Shown piece after piece: positions 35,522 to 47,478 of a DNA stretch of 64,000 bases (position 1 is the stretch's first letter; each line of letters opens with the position of its first letter). A program made the position numbers and the translations under genes. The notes under the pieces are model-generated. The model was not told the DNA's origin. It did no database searches and saw nothing but the letters and a program-made list of their open reading frames with translations. Source of the stretch: an uncultured Eubacteriales bacterium (GTDB lineage: Bacteria > Bacillota > Clostridia > Christensenellales > CAG-138). Location of the stretch: assembly GCA_900540495.1 (NCBI GenBank), contig UQGA01000004.1:46816-110815 (forward strand). The letters run 5' to 3'.

Positions 35522-36778
35522 CTATGCCCCGCCCTCGAGATAGGCGCGTTGCGCGTCGGTCAGCGCATCGATGGTCACGCCGAGCGAAAGGAGCTTGAGG
35601 CGCGCCACCTCCAGATCGATCTCGCGCGGCACGGCCACAAGACGCGGCGGCAGCGAACGGCCGTGGAGCGCCAGATGCCGCGCCGACAACGCCTGGATGG
35701 CAAAGCTCATGTCCATGATCTCGACCGGGTGCCCGTCGCCCGCGGCGAGGTTGACCAGCCGGCCTTCGGCCAGCAGATACAGCCAGCGGCCGTCGGCCAT
35801 GCGGAATCCTTCGATGTTGGGCTTCATCCGCCGCCGCTGGCACGCAAGGCGCTCCAGTGCGCGCACGTCCACCTCCACGTCGAAATGACCGGCGTTGCAC
35901 AGCACGGCGCCGTCCTTCATGCGGGCGAAGGCGTCCTCGCCGATCACGCCGCAGTTGCCGGTGACGGTGACGAACAGGTCGCCCAGCGCCGCCGCCTCGG
36001 CCATTGGCATGACGGAAAATCCGTCCATCACGGCTTCGATGGCGCGCACCGGGTCCACCTCCGTGACGATTACCTGCGCGCCGAGCCCGCGCGCGCGCAT
36101 GGCGACGCCCTTGCCGCACCAGCCGTAGCCGGCGACGACCACGCGCTTGCCCGCAACGATCAGGTTGGTGGTGCGGTCGATGCCGTCGAACACGGATTGC
36201 CCCGTGCCGTAGCGGTTATCGAACAGGTGCTTGCAGTCCGCGTCGTTGACGGCGATCATCGGGAAGGGCAGCCGTCCCTCCCGCTCGAGCGCGCGCAGGC
36301 GGAGCACGCCGGTGGTCGTCTCCTCGCAGCCGCCGATCGTGTGCGCACACAGCGCGGCGTCGCCGGCGAGCAGCGCCTGCAACAGGTCGCCGCCGTCGTC
36401 GATGACGATGTCCGGCGCACAGGCGACGGTGCGCCGGATGTCGGCCGCATAATCCGCCGGTGAAGCGCCGTAGCGCGCGGACACGCAAAGCCCGCCCGCC
36501 GCAAGCGCCGCCGCTACGTCGTCCTGCGTGGAGAGCGGGTTGCTGCCGGTTACGTACATCTCCGCCCCGCCCGCCGCAAGCGTGCGGCACAGGCAGGCGG
36601 TCTTGGCCTCGAGATGGATGGAGAGCGCAATCTTCAGCCCGGCGAACGGCTTTTCCGCGGAAAAGCGCTCCCGGATGCGCCGCAGCAGCGGCATGTTGCG
36701 CCATGCCCATTCGATCTTATCCTCGCCGGCGGGGGCGAGCGCGATATCGTGGATAAGGGATTCGGTCGTCGCCGTCAT
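35522..36778 (-). CDS. ahcY: Adenosylhomocysteinase
   Basis: In track ORF 35522..36925. SD AAGGAG, then ATG 36778. NAD-binding VAGYGWCGKGVA. Full-length SAH-hydrolase-like. Confidence 0.92.
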   Translation of the reverse strand: MTATTESLIHDIALAPAGEDKIEWAWRNMPLLRRIRERFSAEKPFAGLKIALSIHLEAKTACLCRTLAAGGAEMYVTGSNPLSTQDDVAAALAAGGLCVSARYGASPADYAADIRRTVACAPDIVIDDGGDLLQALLAGDAALCAHTIGGCEETTTGVLRLRALEREGRLPFPMIAVNDADCKHLFDNRYGTGQSVFDGIDRTTNLIVAGKRVVVAGYGWCGKGVAMRARGLGAQVIVTEVDPVRAIEAVMDGFSVMPMAEAAALGDLFVTVTGNCGVIGEDAFARMKDGAVLCNAGHFDVEVDVRALERLACQRRRMKPNIEGFRMADGRWLYLLAEGRLVNLAAGDGHPVEIMDMSFAIQALSARHLALHGRSLPPRLVAVPREIDLEVARLKLLSLGVTIDALTDAQRAYLEGGA

Positions 36779-36783
36779 ATGGC

Positions 36784-37971
36784 TTACGCTCCTTCCGTGA
36801 GATAGGCGATGGCGGCGGCGAGCTGGGTATCCTGCTCGCGCGGCAGGCTGTCGAGCGCGAGGTCCCGGTACGCCTCCGGCAGCTCGACCACCAGATCCGG
36901 CGTAATGCCCACGCCGTGGATACATACGTCGTTCGGCGTGAAATAGGCGTCGGTGGTCAGCTTGACATAGCCGCCGTTGGCGGAAAGGCGGAAGTAGGAC
37001 TGCACGATGCCCTTGCCGAACGTCTGCGTGCCCAGGATGGTGGCGACGCCGTGATCCTGCAACGCCCCGGAAAGCAGCTCGGAGGCGGAGGCGGAGTTGC
37101 CGTTGACCAGCACGACAAGCGGAAGCGCGTACGCCTCGTCATCCTCGGCATAATAGGCCGCCGTCTGCTCGGTGCGCGACTTGATGCTCACGATCAGGTC
37201 GCCCTTTTTGAGGAACAGATCCGCCACGTCCAGCACCTCGTTCAGGCCGCCGCCGGGATTGTCGCGCAGGTCGAGGACGAGCGACGTGGCGCCGGCGGAG
37301 ACGAGCGCCGCGAGCGCGTCGCCCGTCTCCTGCACGACATGGCCGTTAAAGCCGAAGATGCGCAGATAGCCCACGCCGTCGGAAAGCAGTTCGTACGAGG
37401 TGTAGGGGACGTTGACGACGGCCGCCGTCACGGTGACGGTGAAGTCCGCGCCGTCGCGCCGCAACGCGAGCGTGTCGGCCGAGCCGTCGGTGTGGAACAG
37501 GGCGAGCATGTCCTCGAGCGACAGGTTGGCCACCGCCGTACCGTTGACCGACAGGATCAGGTCGCCCGCCTGCGCGCCGGCCAGCGCCATGGGGCTGCCG
37601 TCGTAGACGCGCTGGATGGCGCTGCCCTCGCCGTCCGGTGCGGCGACGACCACGCCGATGCCGCTGTATTCGCCGGAGATGGATTCCGTATAGGAGGCGT
37701 ACTGCTCGGCGGTGTAGTACTGCGCGTAATCGTCCCCAATGGAGGCGACCATGCCGCGCAGCGCCGCGTCGACGAGCGCGTCCTCGCTGCCGACGTTCTG
37801 GTCGTAGTAGTAGTAAGCGCGCTCGATGGTATCGGCCATTTGCGCAAGCGGCCGGAGCGCGTCGCCGGGCAACACGGTGCACAGCAGCGCCGTCACGCTG
37901 GACGAGAGCAGCGCCACGACGAGTACAAGCGCGGCGATCAGGGCGCCGCGGCCCCTGCGCGGGCTCTCCAT
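36784..37971 (-). CDS. S41-family C-terminal processing peptidase (PDZ + S41)
   Basis: 395 aa. N-terminal TM anchor, PDZ segment, catalytic Ser context VNGNSASASELLSGAL. Confidence 0.88.
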   Translation of the reverse strand: MESPRRGRGALIAALVLVVALLSSSVTALLCTVLPGDALRPLAQMADTIERAYYYYDQNVGSEDALVDAALRGMVASIGDDYAQYYTAEQYASYTESISGEYSGIGVVVAAPDGEGSAIQRVYDGSPMALAGAQAGDLILSVNGTAVANLSLEDMLALFHTDGSADTLALRRDGADFTVTVTAAVVNVPYTSYELLSDGVGYLRIFGFNGHVVQETGDALAALVSAGATSLVLDLRDNPGGGLNEVLDVADLFLKKGDLIVSIKSRTEQTAAYYAEDDEAYALPLVVLVNGNSASASELLSGALQDHGVATILGTQTFGKGIVQSYFRLSANGGYVKLTTDAYFTPNDVCIHGVGITPDLVVELPEAYRDLALDSLPREQDTQLAAAIAYLTEGA

Positions 37972-37983
37972 CGGCAGCCCCTT

Positions 37984-39450
37984 TCAGCGGACGGGCGCAA
38001 TCACGCGCTGCTGCATGTCGGCCAGGTCGCACACGTCGAGATGGCGTTCCGGCCTGCCGAGCAGCTCGGTGAGGCCCTTCGGCACGGGCGCGCCGGTCAG
38101 CGCGAGCAGCCGGTCGGCGTTTTCAAAATCGTCTTTGCCGGGCGTTTCAAACGCGGACAGGACGGCGGTGGCGAACTTGTACGGGTTGGCGGTGGACAGC
38201 AGCACGGTCTGCGTCCCGTCGCCCGTTCGGGCGGCGTAGCGTTCGTAGACGGTCTGCGCCACGGCGGTGTGCGGGTCCATCAGATAGCCGTCGCGTTCGA
38301 ACACGCGGCGGATCGTGGCGAGCGTGTCCTCCTCGTCGCACCAGTCGGCGGTGAACACGTCCGACAGCGCGTCGCGCTGCGCCGCGTCGATCGCATAGGC
38401 GCCGGTCTCGGCAAGCGAGTGCATCCAGGCGCGCACGCGCTCCGAATCGCGCCCCGCCAGCTCGAACAGGAGCCGTTCGAGGTTGCTTGAGATCAGGATA
38501 TCGATCGAGCAGCTCATGCTGCGATAAAACGGACGGCGGTCGTTGTAGACGCCGGTGGCGAAAAAGTCGGCCAGCACGTTGTTGCGGTTCGACGCGCAGA
38601 TGAGGCGGCGCACCGGCAGGCCCATGCGCTTAGCATAGTATCCGGCGAGGATGTCGCCGAAGTTGCCGGTGGGCACGCAGAAATTGATTTTTTCGCCCGG
38701 GGCGACGCGGCCGTCGCGCCGGAGCGCGGCATAGGCGGTGAAGTAATACACGATCTGCGGCAGCAGGCGGCCGAAATTGATGGAGTTGGCGCTCGAGAGC
38801 CGGTAGCCCAGTGCATCCAGCTCCGCGCGCGCCTCCGGGGAGGCGAAGATGCGCTTGACCCCCGTCTGCGCGTCGTCAAAGTTGCCGCGCACGGCGCACA
38901 CGTCCACGTTGTCGCCCTCCTGCGTGACCATCTGCAACCGCTGGGCGCGCGAAACGCCGCCCTCCGGATAGAAGACGAGCACGCGCGTGCCGGCCACATT
39001 GCAAAAGCCGGCCAGCGCCGCCTTGCCCGTGTCGCCCGAGGTGGCCACGAGGATATAGATCTGCCGGTCCTCCCCGGTGACGGACAGGGCGTTGCGCATC
39101 AGGTACGGCAGCATCTGCAGCGCCACGTCCTTGAAGGCCATGGTGGGCCCGTGCCAGAGCTCAAGAACGCTTTCGCACGAGCCAAGCGGACGCACGGGAA
39201 CGACGGCCGGGTCGTTAAAACTTTTGTAGGCGGCGGAGAGCATCTCCCGCAGCGTTTCGGCGGACGTATCCGTCAGATACGGGGCCATGACCTTCTCCGC
39301 AGCCGCTACATAGCCGTCCTGCAGGAGCGATTCGACATCCAACTGTGGAAACGACGCCGGCACGTACAGCCCGCCCGAGGGGCAGATGCCCTGCACGATC
39401 GCCTGCGCCGCGGAGACGGCGGAGCCGCCTCTGGTGCTTAGGAATTGCAT
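37984..39450 (-). CDS. thrC: Threonine synthase
   Basis: 488 aa. MQFLSTRGG N-terminus, PLP-lysine context HGPTMAFKDVALQ. Confidence 0.93.
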   Translation of the reverse strand: MQFLSTRGGSAVSAAQAIVQGICPSGGLYVPASFPQLDVESLLQDGYVAAAEKVMAPYLTDTSAETLREMLSAAYKSFNDPAVVPVRPLGSCESVLELWHGPTMAFKDVALQMLPYLMRNALSVTGEDRQIYILVATSGDTGKAALAGFCNVAGTRVLVFYPEGGVSRAQRLQMVTQEGDNVDVCAVRGNFDDAQTGVKRIFASPEARAELDALGYRLSSANSINFGRLLPQIVYYFTAYAALRRDGRVAPGEKINFCVPTGNFGDILAGYYAKRMGLPVRRLICASNRNNVLADFFATGVYNDRRPFYRSMSCSIDILISSNLERLLFELAGRDSERVRAWMHSLAETGAYAIDAAQRDALSDVFTADWCDEEDTLATIRRVFERDGYLMDPHTAVAQTVYERYAARTGDGTQTVLLSTANPYKFATAVLSAFETPGKDDFENADRLLALTGAPVPKGLTELLGRPERHLDVCDLADMQQRVIAPVR

Positions 39451-39483
39451 GTTTTGTCTGTCCTTTATGTGTTTTTATGGAAT

Positions 39484-39903
39484 TCAGGTGATCTGCAGCA
39501 CCATGTCCCGCATGAACGGCGGCAGCGATTCGGTGTTTCCGCTGATGCTCAGGATGATGTTGACGCTCGTGCGCTCGGAGAAGGCGCGCAGATCGTCAAA
39601 CAGTCCCTCGAGCGAGGCGAGTTCATGGCGCACAAAGTTCAAAAAACCGTCGATGTACACGTATTCGAGATCGAAGTCCTGCGCGTAGATGCCGCAAAGG
39701 AAGCCGTAGAGCATTTTGGGCGATTCAATCCCGTAATCCGCCGCGTTGATGAAACGGATGAAGGAATTGAGGTCGAACATGTAACGGTTGTCATCGTCGA
39801 TAAAGACCACGCTGCCCTTGGCGTCCGCCGCCGTGCGATTGGCGTGCTGCAAGAGCCGTTTCGTTTTTCCTGTGCCCTTCTCTCCGAAAATGACTCCAAT
39901 CAA
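39484..39903 (-). CDS. Small orphan P-loop NTPase-like protein (139 aa)
   Basis: In track ORF 39484..39957. GGAGG (39917-13) 9 nt before TTG 39903. Walker A GEKGTGKT, Walker B-like VVFIDDD. Visibly more A/T-rich than its neighbours. Family not recognised. Confidence 0.6.
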   Translation of the reverse strand: MIGVIFGEKGTGKTKRLLQHANRTAADAKGSVVFIDDDNRYMFDLNSFIRFINAADYGIESPKMLYGFLCGIYAQDFDLEYVYIDGFLNFVRHELASLEGLFDDLRAFSERTSVNIILSISGNTESLPPFMRDMVLQIT

Positions 39904-39927
39904 TGACGTGTTCCTCCGTTTTTTTTT

Positions 39928-39957
39928 ATTATAGCCCGAACCGGCGCGCCTTGACAA
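39928..39957 (-). promoter_or_regulatory. Candidate promoter for the P-loop gene (and thrC)
   Basis: Minus strand TTGTCA (39957-39952) - 18 nt - TATAAT (39933-39928), then an A9 run (39927-39919) leading into the SD. Confidence 0.55.
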
Positions 39958-40066
39958 GCAAAACAGAAAAAGTTTCGGTTTTTGCCATGGTTCCGCCGGT
40001 CTGCCGCCACACCCGATCCCGTTGCGCGGCCTTTTTTGCGGCGGCGCGGGAAATCTTTTCGCGCCC

Positions 40067-40097
40067 TTGTCAACCGCCGGTGGGGATGTGCTATAAT
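40067..40097 (+). promoter_or_regulatory. Candidate extended -10 promoter abutting pcrA start
   Basis: TTGTCA (40067-40072) - 19 nt including TGc - TATAAT (40092-40097). ATG 40104 begins 7 nt after the -10. Confidence 0.5.
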
Positions 40098-40103
40098 GCT
40101 GGC

Positions 40104-42359
40104 ATGGATGGTATTGGTGGAAAGCTGGATCTGGCCGGACTGAACCCGGAACAGGCGGAGGCCGTTTGCACGACGGAGGGCCCGCTGCTGGTGCTTGCGG
40201 GCGCGGGCAGCGGCAAGACGCGCGTGCTCACGCACCGCATCGCCTACCTCGTCGCGGAGAAGGGCGTCGCCCCGTGGGAGATCCTCGCGCTGACGTTTAC
40301 AAACAAGGCCGCCGGCGAGATGCGCGAGCGCGTGGAGACGCTCACCGGCAGCGCGGCGGGGCGCATGTGGGTGCTCACGTTCCACGCCTGCTGCGCGCGC
40401 ATCCTGCGCATGGAGATCGAGCGCCTTGGCTATGAGCGCACGTTCACGATTTATGACGAGGCGGATCAGCAGTCGTTGCTGCGGCGCATCGTGCGCGAGA
40501 TGGAGCTCAACGACAAGGTCTATTCCCCGCGCATGCTCGCCGGGCGCATCTCGGATGCCAAGAGCCATTCGCTCGACCCGGGCGGCCTGCTGCGCGAGGA
40601 GGGCGCGCCGCAGCCGGTGATCGACGCGTTCGTGCGCTACGAGAAGGCGCTGCGGCAGAACAACGCCCTCGATTTTGACGACCTGCTGCTCAAGGTACTC
40701 GAGCTGTTCCGGCGGTTTCCGGAGGTGCTCGGCAAGTATCAGGCGCGCTTCCGGTACATCCTCGTGGACGAGTATCAGGATACGAACCTGGCGCAGTATC
40801 ACATCGTACAGCAGCTCGCGGCCGTACATCGCAATCTCTGCGTGGTCGGCGACGACGACCAGAGCATCTATGGCTGGCGCGGCGCGGATATCCGCAACAT
40901 CCTCGAGTTTGAAAAGGACTTTCCCGGCGCAAAAGTGGTGCGGCTCGAGCAGAACTATCGCTCCACGGGCCGCATCCTCGAAGCGGCCAACCGGGTCATC
41001 TCCAACAATGTCGGCCGCAAGCCCAAAAAGCTCTGGACGGCGGCGGGCGAGGGGGCGCCGATCGAGCTGTTTGAAGCGGACGACGAGCGCGACGAGGCGG
41101 CGTATATCTGCGGCCGCGTCCTGCGCGGGGTCCGGCAGGAGGGGCGGCGCTTCGGCGATTTTGCGCTGCTGTACCGCACGCACGCGCAGAGCCGCGTGCT
41201 GGAGATGTATCTGCAAAGCTATGACATCCCGTATCGTGTCTACGGCGGCACGTCGTTCTTTCAGCGCGCGGAGGTCAAGGACATCCTCGCCTATCTGCGC
41301 CTGCTGCAGAACCCGAACGACGACGTGGCGTTCCTGCGCGCGGTGAACACGCCCCGGCGCGGCATCGGCGACGGAGCGGTATCGCAGCTTGCGGCCGCCG
41401 CCGCGGAAATGGGGCTGCCGCTGCTGCCGGCGGCCATGGCGGGCGGCGATGCGCTGCCGGCCCGGACTGCGGCGCGGTTTGCGCCCTTTTGCGCGCTGTT
41501 GCAGGAGGTATATGCCGCCGTGGGGACGATGCCGCTGGCCGACATGATGGAGCTGTTGCTCGAGCGCATCGGATACGACGAATACCTGCGAAACGACCGC
41601 AGGGAGAATTATGAAGCGCGCGCGCAGATCGTGGAGGAATTCGTGGGGTATGCGCGCGAGTTTGAGGCCGATCTTGCGGATGGGGGGCAGGATGCGCTCC
41701 GGGCGTTTCTCGAAACGGTTGCGCTGTTCACCACGACCGACGAGCTGGACGGCGAGGGCGGATATGTGTCGCTCATGACGCTGCACAGCGCAAAGGGCCT
41801 CGAGTTCCCGGTCGTATTTCTCACGGGCATGGAGGAGGGGCTGTTCCCCTCGCAGCAGTCGCGCTTTGATCCCGGCCGGCTCGAGGAGGAGCGGCGGCTG
41901 TGCTATGTGGGCATCACGCGCGCCCGCGAAACGCTCGTACTCACGCGCGCTCGGCAGCGCATGCTCTACGGCCGCATCGAGACGGCCATGCCCTCGACAT
42001 TTCTCGACGAGATGGGCGACGCGCTGCCCGAGCGCGAACCGGACCGGACGGCGGCGTGGCCCGTGCGGGCGGCGGAGGAGCGGCCGGCCGCCCGGTTTTC
42101 CGCAGGCGCCGCACCTGCATCGACCGCGCGCCCGGCGGGCTTTGGTGCGCCGCCCGTACAGCCGCGCGCCCCGGCGCGCGCCCCGCAGGCCGTCGCGCTT
42201 TCCGAGGGGCAGCGCGTGCAGCACAGGACGTTCGGCCCCGGCACGGTATGCGCCCTGGCTGGCGGCGGGAACAATCTCATTGCGGAGATCGCGTTCGACA
42301 GCGGCGTGACGAAGAAGTTTGCCGCCGCGTACGCGCCCATTACGTCATTGGAGGAGTGA
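40104..42359 (+). CDS. pcrA: ATP-dependent DNA helicase PcrA/UvrD
   Basis: In track ORF 39903..42359. ATG 40104 gives MDGIGGKLDLAGLNPEQ. AGAGSGKTRVLTHRIAYL, DEYQDTN, helicase motifs throughout. Confidence 0.92.
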   Translation: MDGIGGKLDLAGLNPEQAEAVCTTEGPLLVLAGAGSGKTRVLTHRIAYLVAEKGVAPWEILALTFTNKAAGEMRERVETLTGSAAGRMWVLTFHACCARILRMEIERLGYERTFTIYDEADQQSLLRRIVREMELNDKVYSPRMLAGRISDAKSHSLDPGGLLREEGAPQPVIDAFVRYEKALRQNNALDFDDLLLKVLELFRRFPEVLGKYQARFRYILVDEYQDTNLAQYHIVQQLAAVHRNLCVVGDDDQSIYGWRGADIRNILEFEKDFPGAKVVRLEQNYRSTGRILEAANRVISNNVGRKPKKLWTAAGEGAPIELFEADDERDEAAYICGRVLRGVRQEGRRFGDFALLYRTHAQSRVLEMYLQSYDIPYRVYGGTSFFQRAEVKDILAYLRLLQNPNDDVAFLRAVNTPRRGIGDGAVSQLAAAAAEMGLPLLPAAMAGGDALPARTAARFAPFCALLQEVYAAVGTMPLADMMELLLERIGYDEYLRNDRRENYEARAQIVEEFVGYAREFEADLADGGQDALRAFLETVALFTTTDELDGEGGYVSLMTLHSAKGLEFPVVFLTGMEEGLFPSQQSRFDPGRLEEERRLCYVGITRARETLVLTRARQRMLYGRIETAMPSTFLDEMGDALPEREPDRTAAWPVRAAEERPAARFSAGAAPASTARPAGFGAPPVQPRAPARAPQAVALSEGQRVQHRTFGPGTVCALAGGGNNLIAEIAFDSGVTKKFAAAYAPITSLEE

Positions 42360-44335
<1,976 letters not shown>

Positions 44336-44336
<1 letters not shown>

Positions 44337-45298
44337 TGCGACTGGGAAAACTCGACAACGACGAGCTGGAACGGCTCGTACTGCACAAATTTGCCAAGAC
44401 CCGGCCGGAATCGCTGCAGGCGCCGCAGGTGGGCGAGGATTGCGCGTGGCTTGACCTGGGGGGCGACCTTGCGGTGTTCTCCTGCGACCCGATCACGTCC
44501 GCCTCGGACCGGCATCTGGGGCGACTCAGCGTGCACGTCAACTGCAACGACGCGGCGGCCGCCGGCGCGGAACCGGTCGGCCTGCTGGTGACGCTGCTTG
44601 CGCCGCCGGACGCGACGCCGGAGCAGATCGGGCGGATCGCGGACGAGCTGGCGCGCGAGGCGCGCCGGGCCGGCGTGGACGTGATTGGCGGGCATACGGA
44701 GGTGACGGACGCGGTGACGCGGCCGGTGACGAGCACGGCGGTCGTGGCGCGCTGCCCGCGGGAGCGGCGCATGCGCGGCATGCGCGTGGGAGACGCGCTG
44801 GTCATGACCAAGTGGGCGGGGCTTGAGGGCACTGCGATCATTGCGGAGGATTTTCCGGCGGTCGCCGCGGCCGTTGCGCCGGCGCAGCGCCGGGCGGCGG
44901 CGGGGCTAACGGCGCTGTTGTCCGTCGTGCCGGAGGGACGGTATGCGGCGGCGCACGGCGCGACCGCCATGCACGACGTGACCGAGGGCGGCGTGCTCGG
45001 TGCGTGCTGGGAGATGGCGCATCTGGCCGGCTGCGGCATGGTCGTGGATACGGCGCGCATCCCGGTGCGCCCGGAGACGCGCGCGCTGTGCGCCGTGGCC
45101 GGGCTTGATCCGCTCCGGCTCATCAGCAGCGGCAGCATGCTCATCGCCTGCCCGGACGGGGCGGCGATGGCGGCCGGGTTGGCGGAGCTCGGCATCCTGG
45201 CGACGGTGATCGGCCGCGCGGCGGAGGGCGGCGTGCGACGCGCGGACGGCAGCCCGATCGAGCCGCCCGGCGCGGATGAATTGTACCGCTTGTTTTAG
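44336..45298 (+). CDS. AIR synthase-related (PurM/HypE/ThiL-fold) protein
   Basis: In track ORF 43322..45298. ATG 44336 overlaps the ligA stop. GEDCAWLDL...SCDPIT...VNCNDAAAAGAEP...GGHTEV. Confidence 0.8.
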
Positions 45299-45318
45299 AA
45301 ACGGTTTTATGCTATGAT
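45290..45318 (+). promoter_or_regulatory. Candidate promoter for yicC-remA-gmk-rpoZ-priA
   Basis: TTGTTT (45290-45295) - 17 nt - TATGAT (45313-45318), about 40 nt before ATG 45361. Confidence 0.45.
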
Positions 45319-45360
45319 AAATTGTCAATGTATGCGAGGTTTGCGAGGAGGACGGCGGCT

Positions 45361-46236
45361 ATGCACAGCATGACCGGGTATGGCAGGGGCAGCGCCATGC
45401 GGGACGGACGCGAGATCACGGTGGAGTTCAAGTCGGTCAACCACCGGTTTCTCGACGTTTCCACCCGGCTCCCCCGCCATATCGCTTTTTTGGAGGAGCC
45501 GCTGCGCCGCTTCCTGTCGGAGCGGCTGGCGCGGGGACACGTGGACGTGTTCGTCAACTATCGCAACACGCGCTCCGACGCGCGCACCGTGCGCATCGAT
45601 ACGGCGCTGCTCGGCGCGTATCTTGCCGCCGCGCGGCAGGCGGCGGCGGAGCTGTCGCTGCCGGACGACATCGGGCTCTGCGCCGCGCTGCGCCTGCCGG
45701 ATGTGACGGAGATTGCCGAAGCCGACGAGGACCGGGACGCGGTGTGCGCGCTCTGCCTTGAAGCGGCGGAAATTGCGGTCGGGGAGCTGCTGGAGATGCG
45801 GCGCCTGGAGGGCGAACGCCTCGGCGCGGACCTGGCCGGGCGCATCGACGCCGTGCTTGCGCTCACCGAGCGCATCGCCGTTCGCGCGCCGCTTGTGGTG
45901 GAGGAGTACCGTCAAAAGCTCAACGACCGGATCGAGCAGATCCTGCAGACCGGCGAGATCGACCGTGCGCGCCTGGCCACGGAAGTGGCCCTGTTTGCCG
46001 ACCGCGCCAGCATCGACGAGGAAATCGTGCGGCTCAGGAGCCACGTCGCGCAGGCGCGCCTGCTCATGGCGGGGGACGAGCCGGCCGGGCGCAAGCTCGA
46101 CTTCGTGGTGCAGGAGATGAACCGCGAGTTCAACACCATCGGCAGCAAGGCCAACGACGGGACTTTGACCGGCTGCGTGCTGGCGGGCAAGAACGAGATC
46201 GAAAAAATACGGGAGCAGGTGCAGAACATCGAATGA
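45361..46236 (+). CDS. yicC: YicC/YloC-family protein
   Basis: In track ORF 45322..46236. SD GAGGAGGA, then ATG 45361. [10 protein letters not shown]...[11 protein letters not shown]...[17 protein letters not shown]. Confidence 0.9.
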   Translation: MHSMTGYGRGSAMRDGREITVEFKSVNHRFLDVSTRLPRHIAFLEEPLRRFLSERLARGHVDVFVNYRNTRSDARTVRIDTALLGAYLAAARQAAAELSLPDDIGLCAALRLPDVTEIAEADEDRDAVCALCLEAAEIAVGELLEMRRLEGERLGADLAGRIDAVLALTERIAVRAPLVVEEYRQKLNDRIEQILQTGEIDRARLATEVALFADRASIDEEIVRLRSHVAQARLLMAGDEPAGRKLDFVVQEMNREFNTIGSKANDGTLTGCVLAGKNEIEKIREQVQNIE

Positions 46237-46520
46237 GATACAGCGGCGCAGGGCTTCGGCTCGTCAACATCGGCTTTGGCAACATCGTTTCTGCTGACCG
46301 GCTCATCGCCATCGTCAGCCCGGAGAGCGCGCCCATCAAGCGCATCATGCAGGAGGCGCGCGAGGCGGGCCGCCTGATCGACGCCACGTGCGGGCGGCGC
46401 ACGCGCGCCGTCGTCATCACGGACAGCGACCACGTCATCCTGTCCGCCATCCAGCCGGAGACCATCGCCAACCGGCTTGACGCGCGGGAAGGGGCGGACG
46501 TGGCGGATGAGGAAGAATAG
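46233..46520 (+). CDS. remA: RemA/DUF370-family regulator
   Basis: 95 aa. [34 protein letters not shown]...[26 protein letters not shown]. Start overlaps the yicC stop (ATGA). Confidence 0.88.
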   Translation: MRYSGAGLRLVNIGFGNIVSADRLIAIVSPESAPIKRIMQEAREAGRLIDATCGRRTRAVVITDSDHVILSAIQPETIANRLDAREGADVADEEE

Positions 46521-46553
46521 GGAAGATCGAGGGTATTTGGGAGGAACGAGAGG

Positions 46554-47180
46554 ATGAACAAGCATCAGCGCGAGGGGCTGCTCCTCGTGGTGTCCGGCCC
46601 GGCCGGCGTGGGCAAGGGGACGATCAACCGGGCCCTGATCGAGAGCAACGCCAACATGCGGCTCTCCGTTTCCGCCACGACGCGGGCGCCGCGGCCCGGG
46701 GAGATCGACGGCGTGCACTACTTTTTCATCGACGAGGACCGTTTCCGCCGGATGGTGGATGCGGGCGAGTTTCTGGAGTATGTGCACGTGTTCAACATGC
46801 ACTATTATGGCACGCCGCGCAGCTTCGTCGAGGAGGAGATCGCCTGCGGGCACGACGTGCTGCTGGAGATCGACGTGCAGGGGGCCATGCGGGTGCGGGA
46901 AACGTATCCGGACGCGGTGCTCGTGTTCGTCGCCCCGCCTTCGATGGGCAAGCTCAAGTCGCGTCTGGTGGGCCGCGGCACGGAGACGCCGGAGGCGGTC
47001 GAGCGCCGGTTCGAAACCGCGTTCGCCGAACTGGCCTATATGGAAAAGTATGACTATATCGTGGTCAACGACGTGCTGGACGTGGCCATCGGACACATCC
47101 AGCACATCATCGACGCGGAGAAGTGCCGCAGCAGCCGCAGCGGCGCGCTGATCAACAAACTGCTGGGAAGGAAGGATTGA
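46554..47180 (+). CDS. gmk: Guanylate kinase
   Basis: 208 aa. P-loop SGPAGVGKGT, TTRAPRPGE, YHFI-type motif. Confidence 0.93.
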   Translation: MNKHQREGLLLVVSGPAGVGKGTINRALIESNANMRLSVSATTRAPRPGEIDGVHYFFIDEDRFRRMVDAGEFLEYVHVFNMHYYGTPRSFVEEEIACGHDVLLEIDVQGAMRVRETYPDAVLVFVAPPSMGKLKSRLVGRGTETPEAVERRFETAFAELAYMEKYDYIVVNDVLDVAIGHIQHIIDAEKCRSSRSGALINKLLGRKD

Positions 47181-47181
47181 C

Positions 47182-47394
47182 ATGATTAACCAACCGCTCA
47201 ATACGCTCGTCGAGAAGGCGGGCTGCCGCTATATGCTCGTAACGGCCGTCGCGCAGCGCGCGCGCCAGCTCCAGGCCAACCCGGATAAACTTGCGGAGCG
47301 GAACCCGGTTTCAGCCGCCGTCGAGGAGCTGTACAACGACGAGCTGACGCTCGATTATCCCAGGGAGTTTTCCGCACAGTCCCCGAAGGAGTAG
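47182..47394 (+). CDS. rpoZ: DNA-directed RNA polymerase subunit omega
   Basis: 70 aa. RYMLVTAVAQRARQL core. Immediately follows gmk. Confidence 0.9.
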   Translation: MINQPLNTLVEKAGCRYMLVTAVAQRARQLQANPDKLAERNPVSAAVEELYNDELTLDYPREFSAQSPKE

Positions 47395-47478
47395 TAGGCC
47401 AGGCCGCGCCCGCCGCGCCGCTTTTGGCGGCGCGCCGTGTGTTTTGGGGCGGTTTTCGCCGGAAAGGAAAGGACGGCC

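Noticed and set aside
47415-47445. Hairpin gcgccgc-ttttg-gcggcgc between rpoZ and priA as a terminator.
   Set aside because: The stem is only 7-8 bp and the T-run is displaced by about 8 nt. priA follows immediately in the same operon context, so at most this is a weak attenuator. It was not called.
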